A DNA stretch of 64,000 bases, taken from NCBI GenBank assembly GCA_041665005.1, contig JBAYJR010000005.1, positions 16,312 through 80,311 of the forward strand, read 5' to 3'. Below, in pieces: positions 1-10,440 of this stretch (the first letter of the stretch is position 1; every line of letters begins with the position of its first letter). The DNA comes from Candidatus Buchananbacteria bacterium (GTDB lineage Bacteria; Patescibacteriota; Patescibacteriia; 2-01-FULL-39-33; JBAYJR01). The notes under the pieces are model-generated. The model did not search any database and was not told where the DNA came from. It saw only the letters and a list, made by a program, of their open reading frames with translations. Made by a program: the position numbers and the translations under genes.

Positions 1-829
1 CTTTAGTCCAAGTTTGGCCACCGTCGGTAGTTTTTAATAGTCCGAATTTTGATAAACTAAACAAGGAATCGTTTTCGCTGGGGTTAAAAAAGACATCCGT
101 CACTTCTTTACTGCCGGCGTATTGACTGGTTAGATCGGATAAATTTTGCCAGACCGTTCCGGCGTCCGAAGTTTTATAAAGGCCTTTGCCAGTTAAGCCA
201 TAAATTATTTTGGAATCAGTGTCTGACAGTAATAATTTTTTGACTACACTGCCAAAGTTGTAAATTTTAGTCCAGCTTACCCCCCCATCCACGCTTTTTA
301 AAAAATCACCGGTGGTCATACCCGCATAAACAACTTCAGGATTAAAATAATCAACGGCTAAAGCGGTAATGGTTTGTTCAATTCTAGTGTCAAAATAAGT
401 AACTTTAAAACTGCGCGCGCAATCTTGCGATTTTAAGATTTTATTACCTTGGGAAGCATAAATTAAGCAATTAAATTTAGGATTGATTGCTAAATCGTTA
501 ACGCGTCCGGTTAAGCCTCGGGTTTGTTGCCAAGTGTTGGCGCCGTCATAAGTTACAAACAAGCCGCCTTGTTCGGCGATAACGTAGATAGTTTTGCTAT
601 CCAACGGATCAAATTGCATCTTGGCTACATTGACTTGACCTAAATTGGCCACGCCGGCAGCAGTGGGGAAAACAATTTTTTGTTGCCAAGTAGTGCCTAA
701 ATCAGTAGAAAGATAAATTCCACCGTCATTTTGGGTGGGCTGGCTGGCTGTCGGTTGAAAGGCACAACTAGCACCGGTTAAAATAATCACGGCGAGTAAC
801 GCGCTAAACAAAAAAACAGTTTTTTTCAT
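1..829 (-). CDS. BNR/YCF48-like beta-propeller protein, probable lipoprotein (3' end outside window)
   Basis: Manual translation from ATG 829: MKKTVFLFSALLAVIILTGASC (signal/lipobox-like), then repeated Asp-box motifs (STDLGTTW, TYDGANTW, SVDGGVSW, TTDGGQTW); open to window edge; absent from ORF track. Confidence 0.75.
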   Translation of the reverse strand, partial: MKKTVFLFSALLAVIILTGASCAFQPTASQPTQNDGGIYLSTDLGTTWQQKIVFPTAAGVANLGQVNVAKMQFDPLDSKTIYVIAEQGGLFVTYDGANTWQQTRGLTGRVNDLAINPKFNCLIYASQGNKILKSQDCARSFKVTYFDTRIEQTITALAVDYFNPEVVYAGMTTGDFLKSVDGGVSWTKIYNFGSVVKKLLLSDTDSKIIYGLTGKGLYKTSDAGTVWQNLSDLTSQYAGSKEVTDVFFNPSENDSLFSLSKFGLLKTTDGGQTWTK

Positions 830-837
830 ATAGTTAG

Positions 838-1893
838 TTAATAATTGATTAATAAATTTTCTAAAACTAATTGCGGTCCTAAATTGCGTTTTAAATAAAG
901 TTTAGCTAAATTAATCTGGTTAAAGAAATTTAGTAAATCGGTTAGCTGGGCGGTAGCGGCTAATTTAGCTAGATTGGCTTTAAGGTCTTGATGAAAAACC
1001 AAATCTTCGGCGCCGGCTTTTTGGATGATTAAATCGCGGGTAATTAATTGCCAACTATTTAAAATTTTAGTTAATTCGTCAACGGTTTGGCCACTATCTT
1101 TAAATTGTTTTAACAAATTTTTTATTTCTTTAAAACGTTCGTTTAAAGTTTGTTCTTTGAGATTTAAAAATCTTTCTAATAAAGCTAAATGTTCGGTTAA
1201 TTTTTCGGGGTCTAAAAAGTTTAAAGCTTGCCCGGGCCGGCCAATGGCCAGTTTGGCCAATTTAGCCGCTAAGTCGGGGTTAATCCCCTGAGTTTCCAGG
1301 CCTTGAACAATTGCTAACTGGGAAACCGAAAATAAATGAAAAGTTTGACAACGGGATAAAATGGTGGCCGGTAAACCAATGGTCGTTTTAGCTAATAAAA
1401 TAATAATGGATTTAGGAAAAGGTTCTTCCAAAGTTTTAAGTAAGGCGTTGTAAGCTTCTTCGTTTAAAGTTTCTGCTTCTTCAATCACGGCAAATTTAAA
1501 AGAATTAAGAAAAGGATGGAGGTTTAATTTTTCTTGCAATTCTCTAATCTGGCTGATTTTGGTATCTTGACTAAGTTTGCCGGTTTTTTCATTAATTTCC
1601 CGACGTAACCAAAAAACGTCCGGATGCAAACCTTTGGCTAATTGTTGGCAATGCTGGCAGACGCCACAAGGGATTTTTTCAGCTTGTGGATTTTGGTCAA
1701 AACAGTATAGAGAATTGAGAAATTTTTCGGCAATCGCCTGTTTACCGCTACCAGCCGGGCCGACAAATAAGTAGGCTTGGGAATATTTATTTTGACAAAT
1801 TGAGCTTTGTAAAAAATTAACTAAATTATGGTGACCAATAATGCCCCAAGGGAATTTTGCATTAGTTTTTTGATTAATTTTGAGTTGGGACAT
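838..1893 (-). CDS. holB: DNA polymerase III subunit delta'
   Basis: YLFVGPAGSGK, CGVCQHC zinc motif, HPDV, NALLKTLEEP, TILSRCQ; start trimmed to ATG 1893 (MSQLK). Confidence 0.9.
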   Translation of the reverse strand: MSQLKINQKTNAKFPWGIIGHHNLVNFLQSSICQNKYSQAYLFVGPAGSGKQAIAEKFLNSLYCFDQNPQAEKIPCGVCQHCQQLAKGLHPDVFWLRREINEKTGKLSQDTKISQIRELQEKLNLHPFLNSFKFAVIEEAETLNEEAYNALLKTLEEPFPKSIIILLAKTTIGLPATILSRCQTFHLFSVSQLAIVQGLETQGINPDLAAKLAKLAIGRPGQALNFLDPEKLTEHLALLERFLNLKEQTLNERFKEIKNLLKQFKDSGQTVDELTKILNSWQLITRDLIIQKAGAEDLVFHQDLKANLAKLAATAQLTDLLNFFNQINLAKLYLKRNLGPQLVLENLLINY

Positions 1894-1967
1894 ATAGTAT
1901 AAAATAACATAAATGACGCTTTGGCGCAAGTAACTTTTGGTTGGCAAATTAGGGTTTAAACCCGGGG

Positions 1968-2025
1968 TTGACAAGACTAATAATTTATACTAGAGTAAAA
2001 GCAAAAGTTAGTAAATTTAAGGAGG
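1968..2025 (+). promoter_or_regulatory. sigma70-type promoter and SD of PFK-like cassette
   Basis: TTGACA 1968-1973, 17 nt, TAGAGT 1991-1996; AAGGAGG 2019-2025, 8 nt before in-frame TTG 2034. Confidence 0.6.
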
Positions 2026-2033
2026 TATGTACT

Positions 2034-3080
2034 TTGAAAAAGAAAATTACAGTTTTGCCAATTGGCAGTTTTGCTGCTGGTGTTAACCCGTTTTTGCAAG
2101 CTTTAGTCAGGAATTTAGCTGATTATGACTTGCGTTATCTTAGATTTAATATGTGCAAGGAAAACCTGGTAATCAATCGTCAGTCTTTGTGGCGCCGACA
2201 TGTTCAGGAATTTAGTTTTAGTCCTGAAAATTATGTCTCTGGAAATTTTTTGGCTGATTCTAATGAAGAAAAAAGATTGTTGAAAGAGTTGGTCAGAAAG
2301 ACCACTTATCACAATTTGGCCGAGGAAGTGCTAATTGTAATTGGTGATGACAGCGCCATGCGATTAGCCATAACCTTGGTTGATTTAAACAATCCCGAGA
2401 TTAAGGTGATTGCCGTGCCAAGTCACACGGATATTAATTTTTTGGATGGCCAAATTTCACTAGGCCTAGATTCATATAACCAAAACTTGATTAATAAAAT
2501 TCCGGTTTGGTTGGAAAATTTGAAAGCTAGACGCTCCGTTGGTATTTTGCAATTACCAACGGACAATGATTATTCGGTGGCAGTGGTTGGTTTAGCCAGT
2601 GATGCACGGTATATAATTTTGCCACAGCAAGATTTTGCTCACCCAATAGATTTAAAACAACTGTTGGAAGTTTTAAAATCAGAGTATGCTGACGACAATC
2701 AGCATGCTTTAATAGTGATTGGCAATAAATCTTGGTTGCCCGAAACTTATCACCAAGAAAATGCCTTAAACCCGCTGAGATTTGAAAATTTTTTAGCAGG
2801 TTATATTAAAAAGGAGACTAATCGAAATACCCTGGTCATCCAGCCAGAAAAAGGATTTCCGGAAAGAATTTCGGTGTTTGATAGTCTGGTTGGTCTCCGT
2901 TTGGGTAAGATGGTGGCTGAGTTGATTCGTGAAGATCAATCAGGCCTGTTGACCCAGATTGACCCTGCTGGTAAAGTTTCCGTGGCAGAGTTTAAAAATC
3001 TCTATATGAGAGATTATAAACCCGATATTGCGTTTGAGTTACGTCAAGCCGTACTTGAACGCAATTCAGGAAAAATTTAA
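2034..3080 (+). CDS. Divergent 6-phosphofructokinase (PfkA)-fold protein, catalytic motifs degenerate
   Basis: KKITVLPIGSFAAGVN ~ KKIAVLTSGGDAPGMN; IVIGDDSA ~ VIGGDGS; AVPSHTDIN..ISLGLDS ~ GIPKTIDND..TIGFDT; start placed at TTG 2034 after SD. Confidence 0.7.
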   Translation: MKKKITVLPIGSFAAGVNPFLQALVRNLADYDLRYLRFNMCKENLVINRQSLWRRHVQEFSFSPENYVSGNFLADSNEEKRLLKELVRKTTYHNLAEEVLIVIGDDSAMRLAITLVDLNNPEIKVIAVPSHTDINFLDGQISLGLDSYNQNLINKIPVWLENLKARRSVGILQLPTDNDYSVAVVGLASDARYIILPQQDFAHPIDLKQLLEVLKSEYADDNQHALIVIGNKSWLPETYHQENALNPLRFENFLAGYIKKETNRNTLVIQPEKGFPERISVFDSLVGLRLGKMVAELIREDQSGLLTQIDPAGKVSVAEFKNLYMRDYKPDIAFELRQAVLERNSGKI

Positions 3081-3085
3081 TAATC

Positions 3086-3122
3086 AAGCCCCAAAGAAGA
3101 AACAATCTTCTTTGGGGCTTTT
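3086..3122. terminator. Intrinsic terminator between convergent genes
   Basis: AAGCCCCAAAGAAGA-aacaa-TCTTCTTTGGGGCTT perfect 15-bp stem. Confidence 0.85.
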
Positions 3123-3131
3123 CTTAACCAA

Positions 3132-4235
3132 TTAGTTTTTTAAAATTTTAAAAGTGTTAAGGGCGCAGGTTGACCACTTAAAAGCTTTAACCCGCTCTAA
3201 CCCTTGCTCGGCCAGTTGCTTGGCTAAAACTTTATCAGTAATAATTTTGGTAATTGCATCGGCAATTACTTGGGGCTGTTGCGGATCAACTAATAATCCG
3301 GCTGAGCCGACTACTTCCGGTAAACTGGAATTATTGGCGGCGATAACCGGGGTGCCACAGGCCATGGCTTGTAAAACTGGCAAACCAAAACCCTCGTAAT
3401 TAGAAACAAAAATAAAAGCGCTAGCGGTATTGTATAAAATTGGCAAATCGGTTTCGGCTACATAGCCTAATTCGTGCACCTGGGAGTTTTTGATTTTTAA
3501 TTTTTCTTGGGCAATTTCGGCATAGCCCAATCCCCTATTACCAACCAAAACTAAGTCTAAATTTGGATTAGCTAATTGTTGCCAAGCTTTTAATAAATTA
3601 GCTAGATTTTTCTTTTTTTCTAAGCGTCCGACGTATAAAACAAAGGGCTTGGTTAATTGATATTTGTTGAGAGTGGTGTTAGTGACCGCTGGTTCATTTA
3701 GGACGCTATAACGGTCAAAATTGACCCCAGGGGCAATAACTACAAGCTTGCTAGGGTCAAGATTTGGCCTAAAATGAAGGATTTCTTGTTTGGTGAACTC
3801 ACTTATCACTATTATCTTATCCGCTCGGTGTAGGGCCAAATTTGAAGACCAGGTGTGGTACAGGCGCTCCCACAGGCTATAAAGCTCAGGGTGACGGAAA
3901 AACCCCACGTCGTGGATAGTGGCAATAGTTCTGTGTGGTAAAATTAAGGGAATAGTGTTGGCTGGAACTAATAAAACATCCGGTGGATTAATTAACATTT
4001 CCCAGCTTAACCGTAGTTGCTTCCAAAAATATTTAAGGGGCCAACCTAAAACTTGGCTAGTAAAATTTTTTGGTAAACCTGCTAAATCCCCTTGTAGTTT
4101 ATCCGGACTGTATAAAACAAATTCCGTGCCAGGCAAGTCAAGCTTTTTTAATTCTTGAATTAAATAATAAGAATACCATTCAGTGCCGGTGCGTTGAGGC
4201 GAATTAGCGAGTGAAGCTTCAAGACCAATTTTCAT
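3132..4235 (-). CDS. Glycosyltransferase family 4 (GT-B)
   Basis: TIHDV, YVGRLEKKKN, YEGFGLPVLQAMACGTPV, SSLPEVVG. Confidence 0.92.
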   Translation of the reverse strand: MKIGLEASLANSPQRTGTEWYSYYLIQELKKLDLPGTEFVLYSPDKLQGDLAGLPKNFTSQVLGWPLKYFWKQLRLSWEMLINPPDVLLVPANTIPLILPHRTIATIHDVGFFRHPELYSLWERLYHTWSSNLALHRADKIIVISEFTKQEILHFRPNLDPSKLVVIAPGVNFDRYSVLNEPAVTNTTLNKYQLTKPFVLYVGRLEKKKNLANLLKAWQQLANPNLDLVLVGNRGLGYAEIAQEKLKIKNSQVHELGYVAETDLPILYNTASAFIFVSNYEGFGLPVLQAMACGTPVIAANNSSLPEVVGSAGLLVDPQQPQVIADAITKIITDKVLAKQLAEQGLERVKAFKWSTCALNTFKILKN

Positions 4236-4242
4236 AAATTAA

Positions 4243-4791
4243 TTAGGGCAAGAGCATGGCGGCGGCTACCACAGTTGTCCATTTGCCGTCTTTATTGCCT
4301 TCGGCAGATTGACAAAAATGAGTGGTGCGATAAATATGTCCGGAAGATTTATAAATTTTTTCCCGTTCATCCCAGGCGGTATCGGGATCAAATTCTATAC
4401 CCAAAGTGGTGGCTAGCATCGTGGCGGCTAAATCTTCGGCGTATTCTCCAGCAATATCTGCTTTTTCGCCAAAGGCATGGTGTTCCGATAAATACCCATA
4501 ATTATTTTCGGTATCGGCCGGCACGGCAATACCAATAGCGGCGGACATTAAGCGGTTGGGTTCGCGGGCTTCATTGCGAGCTAAAACACAAAAAGTAATT
4601 TCGCCAGCGTTTAAATATTTTAAACCTTCTTCTTTGCTGATAATTTTGCATTTGGGCGGTAAAATACTAGAAACGGTAACTAAGTTGCATTTTTCAATGC
4701 CGGCATCGCGTAGGGCTAGCTCAAAGGAGGCTAAGCGATCTTTGTGCACGCCAACGCCTTTAGTTAAAAAAAGTTTGGTGGGAATAAACAT
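4243..4791 (-). CDS. pdaD: Pyruvoyl-dependent arginine decarboxylase
   Basis: [25 protein letters not shown] self-cleavage motif, GYLSEHH. Confidence 0.9.
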   Translation of the reverse strand: MFIPTKLFLTKGVGVHKDRLASFELALRDAGIEKCNLVTVSSILPPKCKIISKEEGLKYLNAGEITFCVLARNEAREPNRLMSAAIGIAVPADTENNYGYLSEHHAFGEKADIAGEYAEDLAATMLATTLGIEFDPDTAWDEREKIYKSSGHIYRTTHFCQSAEGNKDGKWTTVVAAAMLLP

Positions 4792-4814
4792 TTCTTTAGT
4801 GATTAGTTAATAGA

Positions 4815-5588
4815 TTATTTAAGATAAGATAAACGTCGTCTGATTTGTAAATTTTGTTTGCTGCGTAAATGACTAAATAACCAAATGGCGGCTAAAATAA
4901 CAATAATTAGCGCCAGCCAAATTTGGCCGTAAATTGCCAGTAAATTAAAACTGGCATGAATTACGATGGCAAAAAATAAGCCTTGATCCAAAATTTGACG
5001 CCAACGTTCTTGCTGAAAAAAAGCGCGACCCAAATGTAAACCCATAATACCAGAAGTAACGGTATGCATCAAGGTGGTAAATAAAAAGCGCATAGCAAAA
5101 ATTAACAAAAAAATGGCGCTGGTGGACCAATTAGTTAAAGCCGATGGTAAAGCAAAAAGCTGGTTGGCGCTAGCTAAGCCCCAGTTAGGAATTAAAAAAA
5201 TAGCAAAATAGACAAAATTTTCTACGGCCGCCAGGCCTAAACTTAGAGCAATGCTAAAAATGGGGCCGTCAATAATTTGCTCAATAACTTTTTCATGCCA
5301 AATTATTAAACGTGAAAATAGTAATTTAAGAGCTTCTTCAATGGCGGCAATAAATACGGTAGCCACCATAATATTTTTTAGCCAGTGCCAGCCGGTAAAA
5401 TTCGGTAAAATGACTAACAACGCCCCTTCAACTGCCACCACAATAAAAGCCAGGGCGGCGCCGGCAATAAAGACCGTTAAAATGGCTTTTTTGGGTTTAG
5501 GGTCTTCCCGATCCTCCCAGCGGTAGATGACTAACCAAAATAAACTTGGTGCTAGCGCTAAGGCAAAAGTTAATAAGTATAAATTCAT
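4815..5588 (-). CDS. prsW: PrsW-family intramembrane glutamic protease
   Basis: EEALK, GLAAVEN, MHTVTS, IHASFN motifs; multiple TM helices. Confidence 0.85.
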   Translation of the reverse strand: MNLYLLTFALALAPSLFWLVIYRWEDREDPKPKKAILTVFIAGAALAFIVVAVEGALLVILPNFTGWHWLKNIMVATVFIAAIEEALKLLFSRLIIWHEKVIEQIIDGPIFSIALSLGLAAVENFVYFAIFLIPNWGLASANQLFALPSALTNWSTSAIFLLIFAMRFLFTTLMHTVTSGIMGLHLGRAFFQQERWRQILDQGLFFAIVIHASFNLLAIYGQIWLALIIVILAAIWLFSHLRSKQNLQIRRRLSYLK

Positions 5589-5624
5589 GCTTTAATTTTA
5601 AATTAAAAAGCTAAAAAAAACAAG

Positions 5625-5662
5625 AAAAAAACTGACCCCGCGTTTGGCGAGGTCAGTTTTTT
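5625..5662 (-). terminator. Intrinsic terminator downstream of surface protein
   Basis: AAAAAAACTGACC...GGTCAGTTTTTT inverted repeat. Confidence 0.75.
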
Positions 5663-5672
5663 ATCTGATTAC

Positions 5673-8600
5673 TTATTTTTGATTGTCGTCTTCGTTTCTT
5701 TTTCTAAACCAGAGGAAGAACCAAATACCCAAGATAATAACGATTAACCAAAACCACCAAGCGCCTAAAATATTTTTTAGAACCGAGATAAAGCTACCAG
5801 TAACCGGACTATTGGTTGGAGTGGTTTCTGATGGTAAGGGCTGTTGGGTTTCTTCGCCAGCAACTTGACCTTCGGCAGCCGGTGTAGTGGCACCTTCAGT
5901 AATGGCTGGAGCGACTGCGCCTTCCGTTACGGTTCCACCAGTGGCTGGAGCGGGAGTTGGGGTTGGGGCGGGAGGAGTAATTACAGCCGGAGCTACTTCT
6001 TCGGTTAAAGTTTCGGTGCTAACTTCATCGCCAAACACTTCGGGTGAACCATGAGAAATTGGTCTAATATAGTATTTAGTTTTCGGTAACAAACCGGTTA
6101 GTGTAACCATATGAAAGGTTACTTTATTTTCGTCTTCAATAGTGGAATAAGCGTAGCCATAATTTGGCGGGGCGCCTAAACTAGAACCGCTATGAGGAAC
6201 GGTGTCATAAACTACACGACTAGTAGCGGCATGAGTAGTAAACCAAGTAACGATAATAGTTCTAGTTTGATTAGCATTGAAAGAAATGGTGTGAATAGCT
6301 AAAGGAATAATAGTACCACCGCCACCACCGCCACCGCCGCCTGGAGGTTGAGGAGGTGGAATTTGTTCTAAGGTACATTGAGCAGTGCAACGATTGCCTT
6401 CGGTTACTCCGGCTTCACCGTCGCATTGTTCTTCGTTATTTCTAATGTTATCTCCGCAATAAGGTAAATTAACTAGTACGCAACCTTCCATACAAGCCTG
6501 ATGCTCTCCTACGCCGTCAGCACCATCGCATTGTTCGTCGCCTTCTTTAACACTATTACCGCAAACTGGTCCAGTTTGTTCATTTTGACAGGTAGAACTG
6601 CAACCATCGCCGTTAGCAGTGTTTCCATCGTCGCATTGTTCGCCGGTTTCAGTTATTTGATTGCCGCAAATTGAAGTTGATTGACAAACAGTGTCATCTG
6701 AATCTACAAAACCATTACAATCATTATCTATTTGATCATTGCAAACTTCGGTACCAGTTATTCGACAATTAAAATTATCACAAGCGTTACCAAGACTATC
6801 TCCGTCATCATCTTCTTGACCTGCATTTGCAACACTCGCGCAATTATCACAAGAATTACCTATTTTGTCGTTGTCACTGTCAGCTTGGTCGGCATTAGCA
6901 GTATTTGCACAATTATCACAAACATTACCTATGCGATCGCCATCAACATCTTCTTGGGCTGGGTTGGCAATATAAGGACAATTATCAGTAGCATCAGCGA
7001 TGCCATCATTGTCAGCGTCAATAATTGTTTGAGGAATACAACGCAAACTAACTTCGTCTAAAAAAGTACCAATGGAGTTTGGAGTGCCAAGATCGGCAAA
7101 TTCAATTCGACTAGTAGCCGAAGCCGAAGTTAGATCGGTTTCGTAATTAGTCCAAGCGGTGTTGCTGTTAGTGGCGCCATCACTGGTTTTTGTGTCAATT
7201 AAACCGCCTTCCCATTTTACTTCTAAGATATTTTCCGCAGCAGAAGCACCCGGTCGTGGCGAGAAAGAATATTTAAGACGATATTTTTGGCCAGGTGTGG
7301 TGGCTAAATCTTGATAAATTTTTACCGAAGCAGCACCATTAACAAAGTTATTTTCCGAATTACGCCAATCGCTATCAAGTTCAGCATATTGACTGCCAGT
7401 GGCCGGTTGCCAGCCATTGACTCCGCGTTCTAATTCTAAATTAGCCACGGTTGGTCGACTAGCATCAGAGCTACCAGCGTACCATTCTACAAACCACTCT
7501 AAATCAGTAGTGCCGGAAGCAAAAACGTCCCAGTTGGTAGTATCGGTTACTACCGGGTTTTCAAAACCACCATTTTTAATTAATTCTATATTGGGGTCAC
7601 AAAGTAAAGTTTGGTTTTGTTCTAAAATACAATCGTCATTACAAAGATAACCAGTAATTACCCCGTCAGTACCGTCGCATTGTTCACCGGTTTCTTTTAT
7701 ACCATTGCCACAAACAGGTTCGGTTTGTTCGTTTTGACAGGCAGAACTACAACCGTCACCGTTTTGAATATTTCCATCATCACATTGTTCGCCAGTTTCA
7801 ATTGTATAATTGCCACAAACTGGGGCGGTTTGTTCGGTTTGACAAGTAGAACTGCAACCATCGCCATTTTGAGTGTTTGCGTCATCGCATTGTTCGCCGG
7901 TTTCAATATTTCCATTTCCGCAAACAGGACAACCGTTATTTACCACTCCGTCGCAGTCGTTATCTAAATTATCACTGCATACTTCTGAAGTTGGATAAAT
8001 TGTTTGAATACAACTACCCCAGTTACCATCAGCATCGCAGGTTTTGGAGCCAGTTGAACAAATTCCCGGTAAATCAATTCCGCATGATTCTGAATTGCCA
8101 GGTGTACAAATTGGTGTAAAAGTATTGGTAACGGTGCAAGTTTCTGGAACTCCGGCCGTTAAGGTAATTCTACCGTTTGTATCGCAAGAGCCACTAAAAG
8201 AAGAAACATAATTATAACTAACATTATTAGTTTCGGAAATTGTATGAGCACCAGCAGAAGTGGTTGTAGCTATGCCAGAGGTGATAGACATTCCATCAAG
8301 TTGTAATGGAAAATCAGAAAGATTCTTGGTTCCGCCAATAACCGTTTTAGTAACGGTTAAATCGCTGGTTGTTGGTGCTTCGGTGTAATAAATCTTTACT
8401 TGGATTTGGTCCAGGTTTACTGTTCCACTTTCACTTGAAGGTCGGCTAACCTTGACTCTGAAATTTGTGTTAGAAAAGTCACTAGCTGACCAGGTTCTGC
8501 TCCAAGTATTTGTTGAATCGCCAATAATTTTAGTGGTGTCAGTGTAATATACTAAATTACCAGTATTGCCAGCAGCAGTAAAATTAGTGCCACCGTTATG

Positions 8601-9164
8601 AGATAAGGAAATATTTAGAGTTCTGGTGTCATTATAGACTTTTTGTGCTTCAACGGCGACTGAAATGCCATTTATAGTGGCGCCGCTTGGGATACTTAAG
8701 TTAAAATCTTTATACTGAATTCTGTCATTATGATCATTAAAATCCGCTCGGTTATCATTAGAAGAATAGGCTTTTTGTGGTTCCCCTACGCTGTGATTAT
8801 CTGTGAAATCACTTGGTTGTTTCCATCCGCTATCAAAACTAGCGGCTATGGTGTGGTTGGTAGTAATGTTAGTAAAAGTGTAACTATTTATTCTACCTTG
8901 AGATGCGCCATCAACCAAGACGTCATTTACAATATATCCGGTACTGGGTGTTATGGTAAAAATCTGGTTTGCATTTTTAATAACCGATACCGAGCCAGAA
9001 GGACTGATACTGCCACCGGCACCGGCACTGGCGGTAATAATGTAGGTTGTTGGAGGTGTCACATGTGCCAAAGCGACATTTGGCAAAAAAGCAGCAACCC
9101 CAATCGACCAGAGAATGGTTGTGGTTGCGGTGAAGATTGTAAAAACTTTTTTAAGTTTTTGCAT
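5673..9164 (-). CDS. Large cell-surface protein with Cys-rich DUF4215-like repeats, TSP3-like Ca-binding repeats, DUF642-like and Fn3-like domains, C-terminal TM anchor
   Basis: Signal peptide; repeated CGN..ETGEQCDD.N..GDGCSS; DNCP..ANP.Q.D.DGD; LIKNGGFE; Pro/Gly and Pro/Thr linkers; hydrophobic tail followed by RKR. Confidence 0.8.
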   Translation of the reverse strand: MQKLKKVFTIFTATTTILWSIGVAAFLPNVALAHVTPPTTYIITASAGAGGSISPSGSVSVIKNANQIFTITPSTGYIVNDVLVDGASQGRINSYTFTNITTNHTIAASFDSGWKQPSDFTDNHSVGEPQKAYSSNDNRADFNDHNDRIQYKDFNLSIPSGATINGISVAVEAQKVYNDTRTLNISLSHNGGTNFTAAGNTGNLVYYTDTTKIIGDSTNTWSRTWSASDFSNTNFRVKVSRPSSESGTVNLDQIQVKIYYTEAPTTSDLTVTKTVIGGTKNLSDFPLQLDGMSITSGIATTTSAGAHTISETNNVSYNYVSSFSGSCDTNGRITLTAGVPETCTVTNTFTPICTPGNSESCGIDLPGICSTGSKTCDADGNWGSCIQTIYPTSEVCSDNLDNDCDGVVNNGCPVCGNGNIETGEQCDDANTQNGDGCSSTCQTEQTAPVCGNYTIETGEQCDDGNIQNGDGCSSACQNEQTEPVCGNGIKETGEQCDGTDGVITGYLCNDDCILEQNQTLLCDPNIELIKNGGFENPVVTDTTNWDVFASGTTDLEWFVEWYAGSSDASRPTVANLELERGVNGWQPATGSQYAELDSDWRNSENNFVNGAASVKIYQDLATTPGQKYRLKYSFSPRPGASAAENILEVKWEGGLIDTKTSDGATNSNTAWTNYETDLTSASATSRIEFADLGTPNSIGTFLDEVSLRCIPQTIIDADNDGIADATDNCPYIANPAQEDVDGDRIGNVCDNCANTANADQADSDNDKIGNSCDNCASVANAGQEDDDGDSLGNACDNFNCRITGTEVCNDQIDNDCNGFVDSDDTVCQSTSICGNQITETGEQCDDGNTANGDGCSSTCQNEQTGPVCGNSVKEGDEQCDGADGVGEHQACMEGCVLVNLPYCGDNIRNNEEQCDGEAGVTEGNRCTAQCTLEQIPPPQPPGGGGGGGGGTIIPLAIHTISFNANQTRTIIVTWFTTHAATSRVVYDTVPHSGSSLGAPPNYGYAYSTIEDENKVTFHMVTLTGLLPKTKYYIRPISHGSPEVFGDEVSTETLTEEVAPAVITPPAPTPTPAPATGGTVTEGAVAPAITEGATTPAAEGQVAGEETQQPLPSETTPTNSPVTGSFISVLKNILGAWWFWLIVIILGIWFFLWFRKRNEDDNQK

Positions 9165-9364
9165 AGGTTTAAGTAGGTTAATTTTTGAAAGTTATATAAT
9201 AAAAAAATTACCAATTTTGGGTAAAATTAGCCGAAATTACTTGGTTACTGCCTTTGGAAGTAAACGTAAGTTTAATAAATATTAATTATAAGGCTTATAA
9301 TAAGCTAGTTTGTTTAAAAAGTCAAATAAACTTTTACACAGTTTGTCAACTTTTGTCAAGTGCC

Positions 9365-10366
9365 TTATTTGACCGCCAAAATGCTTCGTTTGTAGGCGTC
9401 TAAGTTTTCTAAAGCGATACCAGTGCCACGAACTACGCAAAGTAAGGGCTCGTCGGCAACATAAGCGGGTACGCCGGTAGCGTGAGAAACTAATTGATCA
9501 ATATTTCTCAATAAAGAAGAACCCCCAGACATAATCATGCCTTTATCAATAACATCGGCGGCTAATTCTGGTGGCGTGTTATGTAAAACATTTTTGACGG
9601 CATTAACAATCCCCTCTAGTTCATTCTGAATGGCTTCGGTGGCGTCGTTGGAAGAAACGGTAATGGTTCGCGGTAAGCCAGAAATTATATCGCGTCCTTT
9701 TACTTCCATGTATAATTTATCTTCTAAATAAACCGCCGAACCAACTGTAATTTTTATTTCTTCAGCCGTGCGTTCACCAATTGCTAACCCGTATTTACGT
9801 CTAATATGTTCAATAATTGCGGTATCAAATTTATTGCCGCCGATTCTAACCGAGGTGCTATTAACAATACCGCCCAAAGAAATTATAGCCACTTCGGAAG
9901 TGCCACCACCAATATCAATAATCATGTGCCCAGCGGCCGAACCAATGGGAATATTGGCGCCAATTGCCGCTACTACCGGTTCTTTGATAATATAAGCGGC
10001 TTTGGCTCCGGCCGCTAAAGTAGCGTCAATCACGGCGCGTTTTTCGGTTGAGGTAATGCCGGCCGGAACCGCCACCATTACTTCGGGCCGAAAGATTCTA
10101 ATCCCGCCCAGGGCTTTATTGATAAAATAGCGCATCATCGCTTCGGTGGTTTTATAATCGGCAATTACCCCGTCTTTAAGGGGTCGTCTAGCCACAATGG
10201 TGTCTGGAGTACGACCAATCATTTCTTTGGCTTCCCCGCCGACGGCTAAGATTTTTTTATCAATAGTAGAAATAGCCACTACCGATGGCTCATTGACGAC
10301 AATTCCTCTTTTGGGCACCCAAACCAGTACATTCGTGGTGCCTAAATCAATAGCAATTTTTTTCAT
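9365..10366 (-). CDS. mreB: Rod shape-determining protein MreB
   Basis: IAIDLGTTN, NEPSVVA, PLKDGVIAD, DIGGGTSE. Confidence 0.97.
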   Translation of the reverse strand: MKKIAIDLGTTNVLVWVPKRGIVVNEPSVVAISTIDKKILAVGGEAKEMIGRTPDTIVARRPLKDGVIADYKTTEAMMRYFINKALGGIRIFRPEVMVAVPAGITSTEKRAVIDATLAAGAKAAYIIKEPVVAAIGANIPIGSAAGHMIIDIGGGTSEVAIISLGGIVNSTSVRIGGNKFDTAIIEHIRRKYGLAIGERTAEEIKITVGSAVYLEDKLYMEVKGRDIISGLPRTITVSSNDATEAIQNELEGIVNAVKNVLHNTPPELAADVIDKGMIMSGGSSLLRNIDQLVSHATGVPAYVADEPLLCVVRGTGIALENLDAYKRSILAVK

Positions 10367-10440
10367 AAATATCTTTAAAAATAGGCTGTTTTGTAGTCAT
10401 CTTACAAAGTTTGTCGGTTTTTGTAAAGCCCTAGCAATTA

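Noticed and set aside
9177-9364. Possible riboswitch or ncRNA upstream of the surface protein
   Set aside because: Only weak AT-rich pairing; I could not match any riboswitch consensus by eye. An Rfam/Infernal search would settle it.
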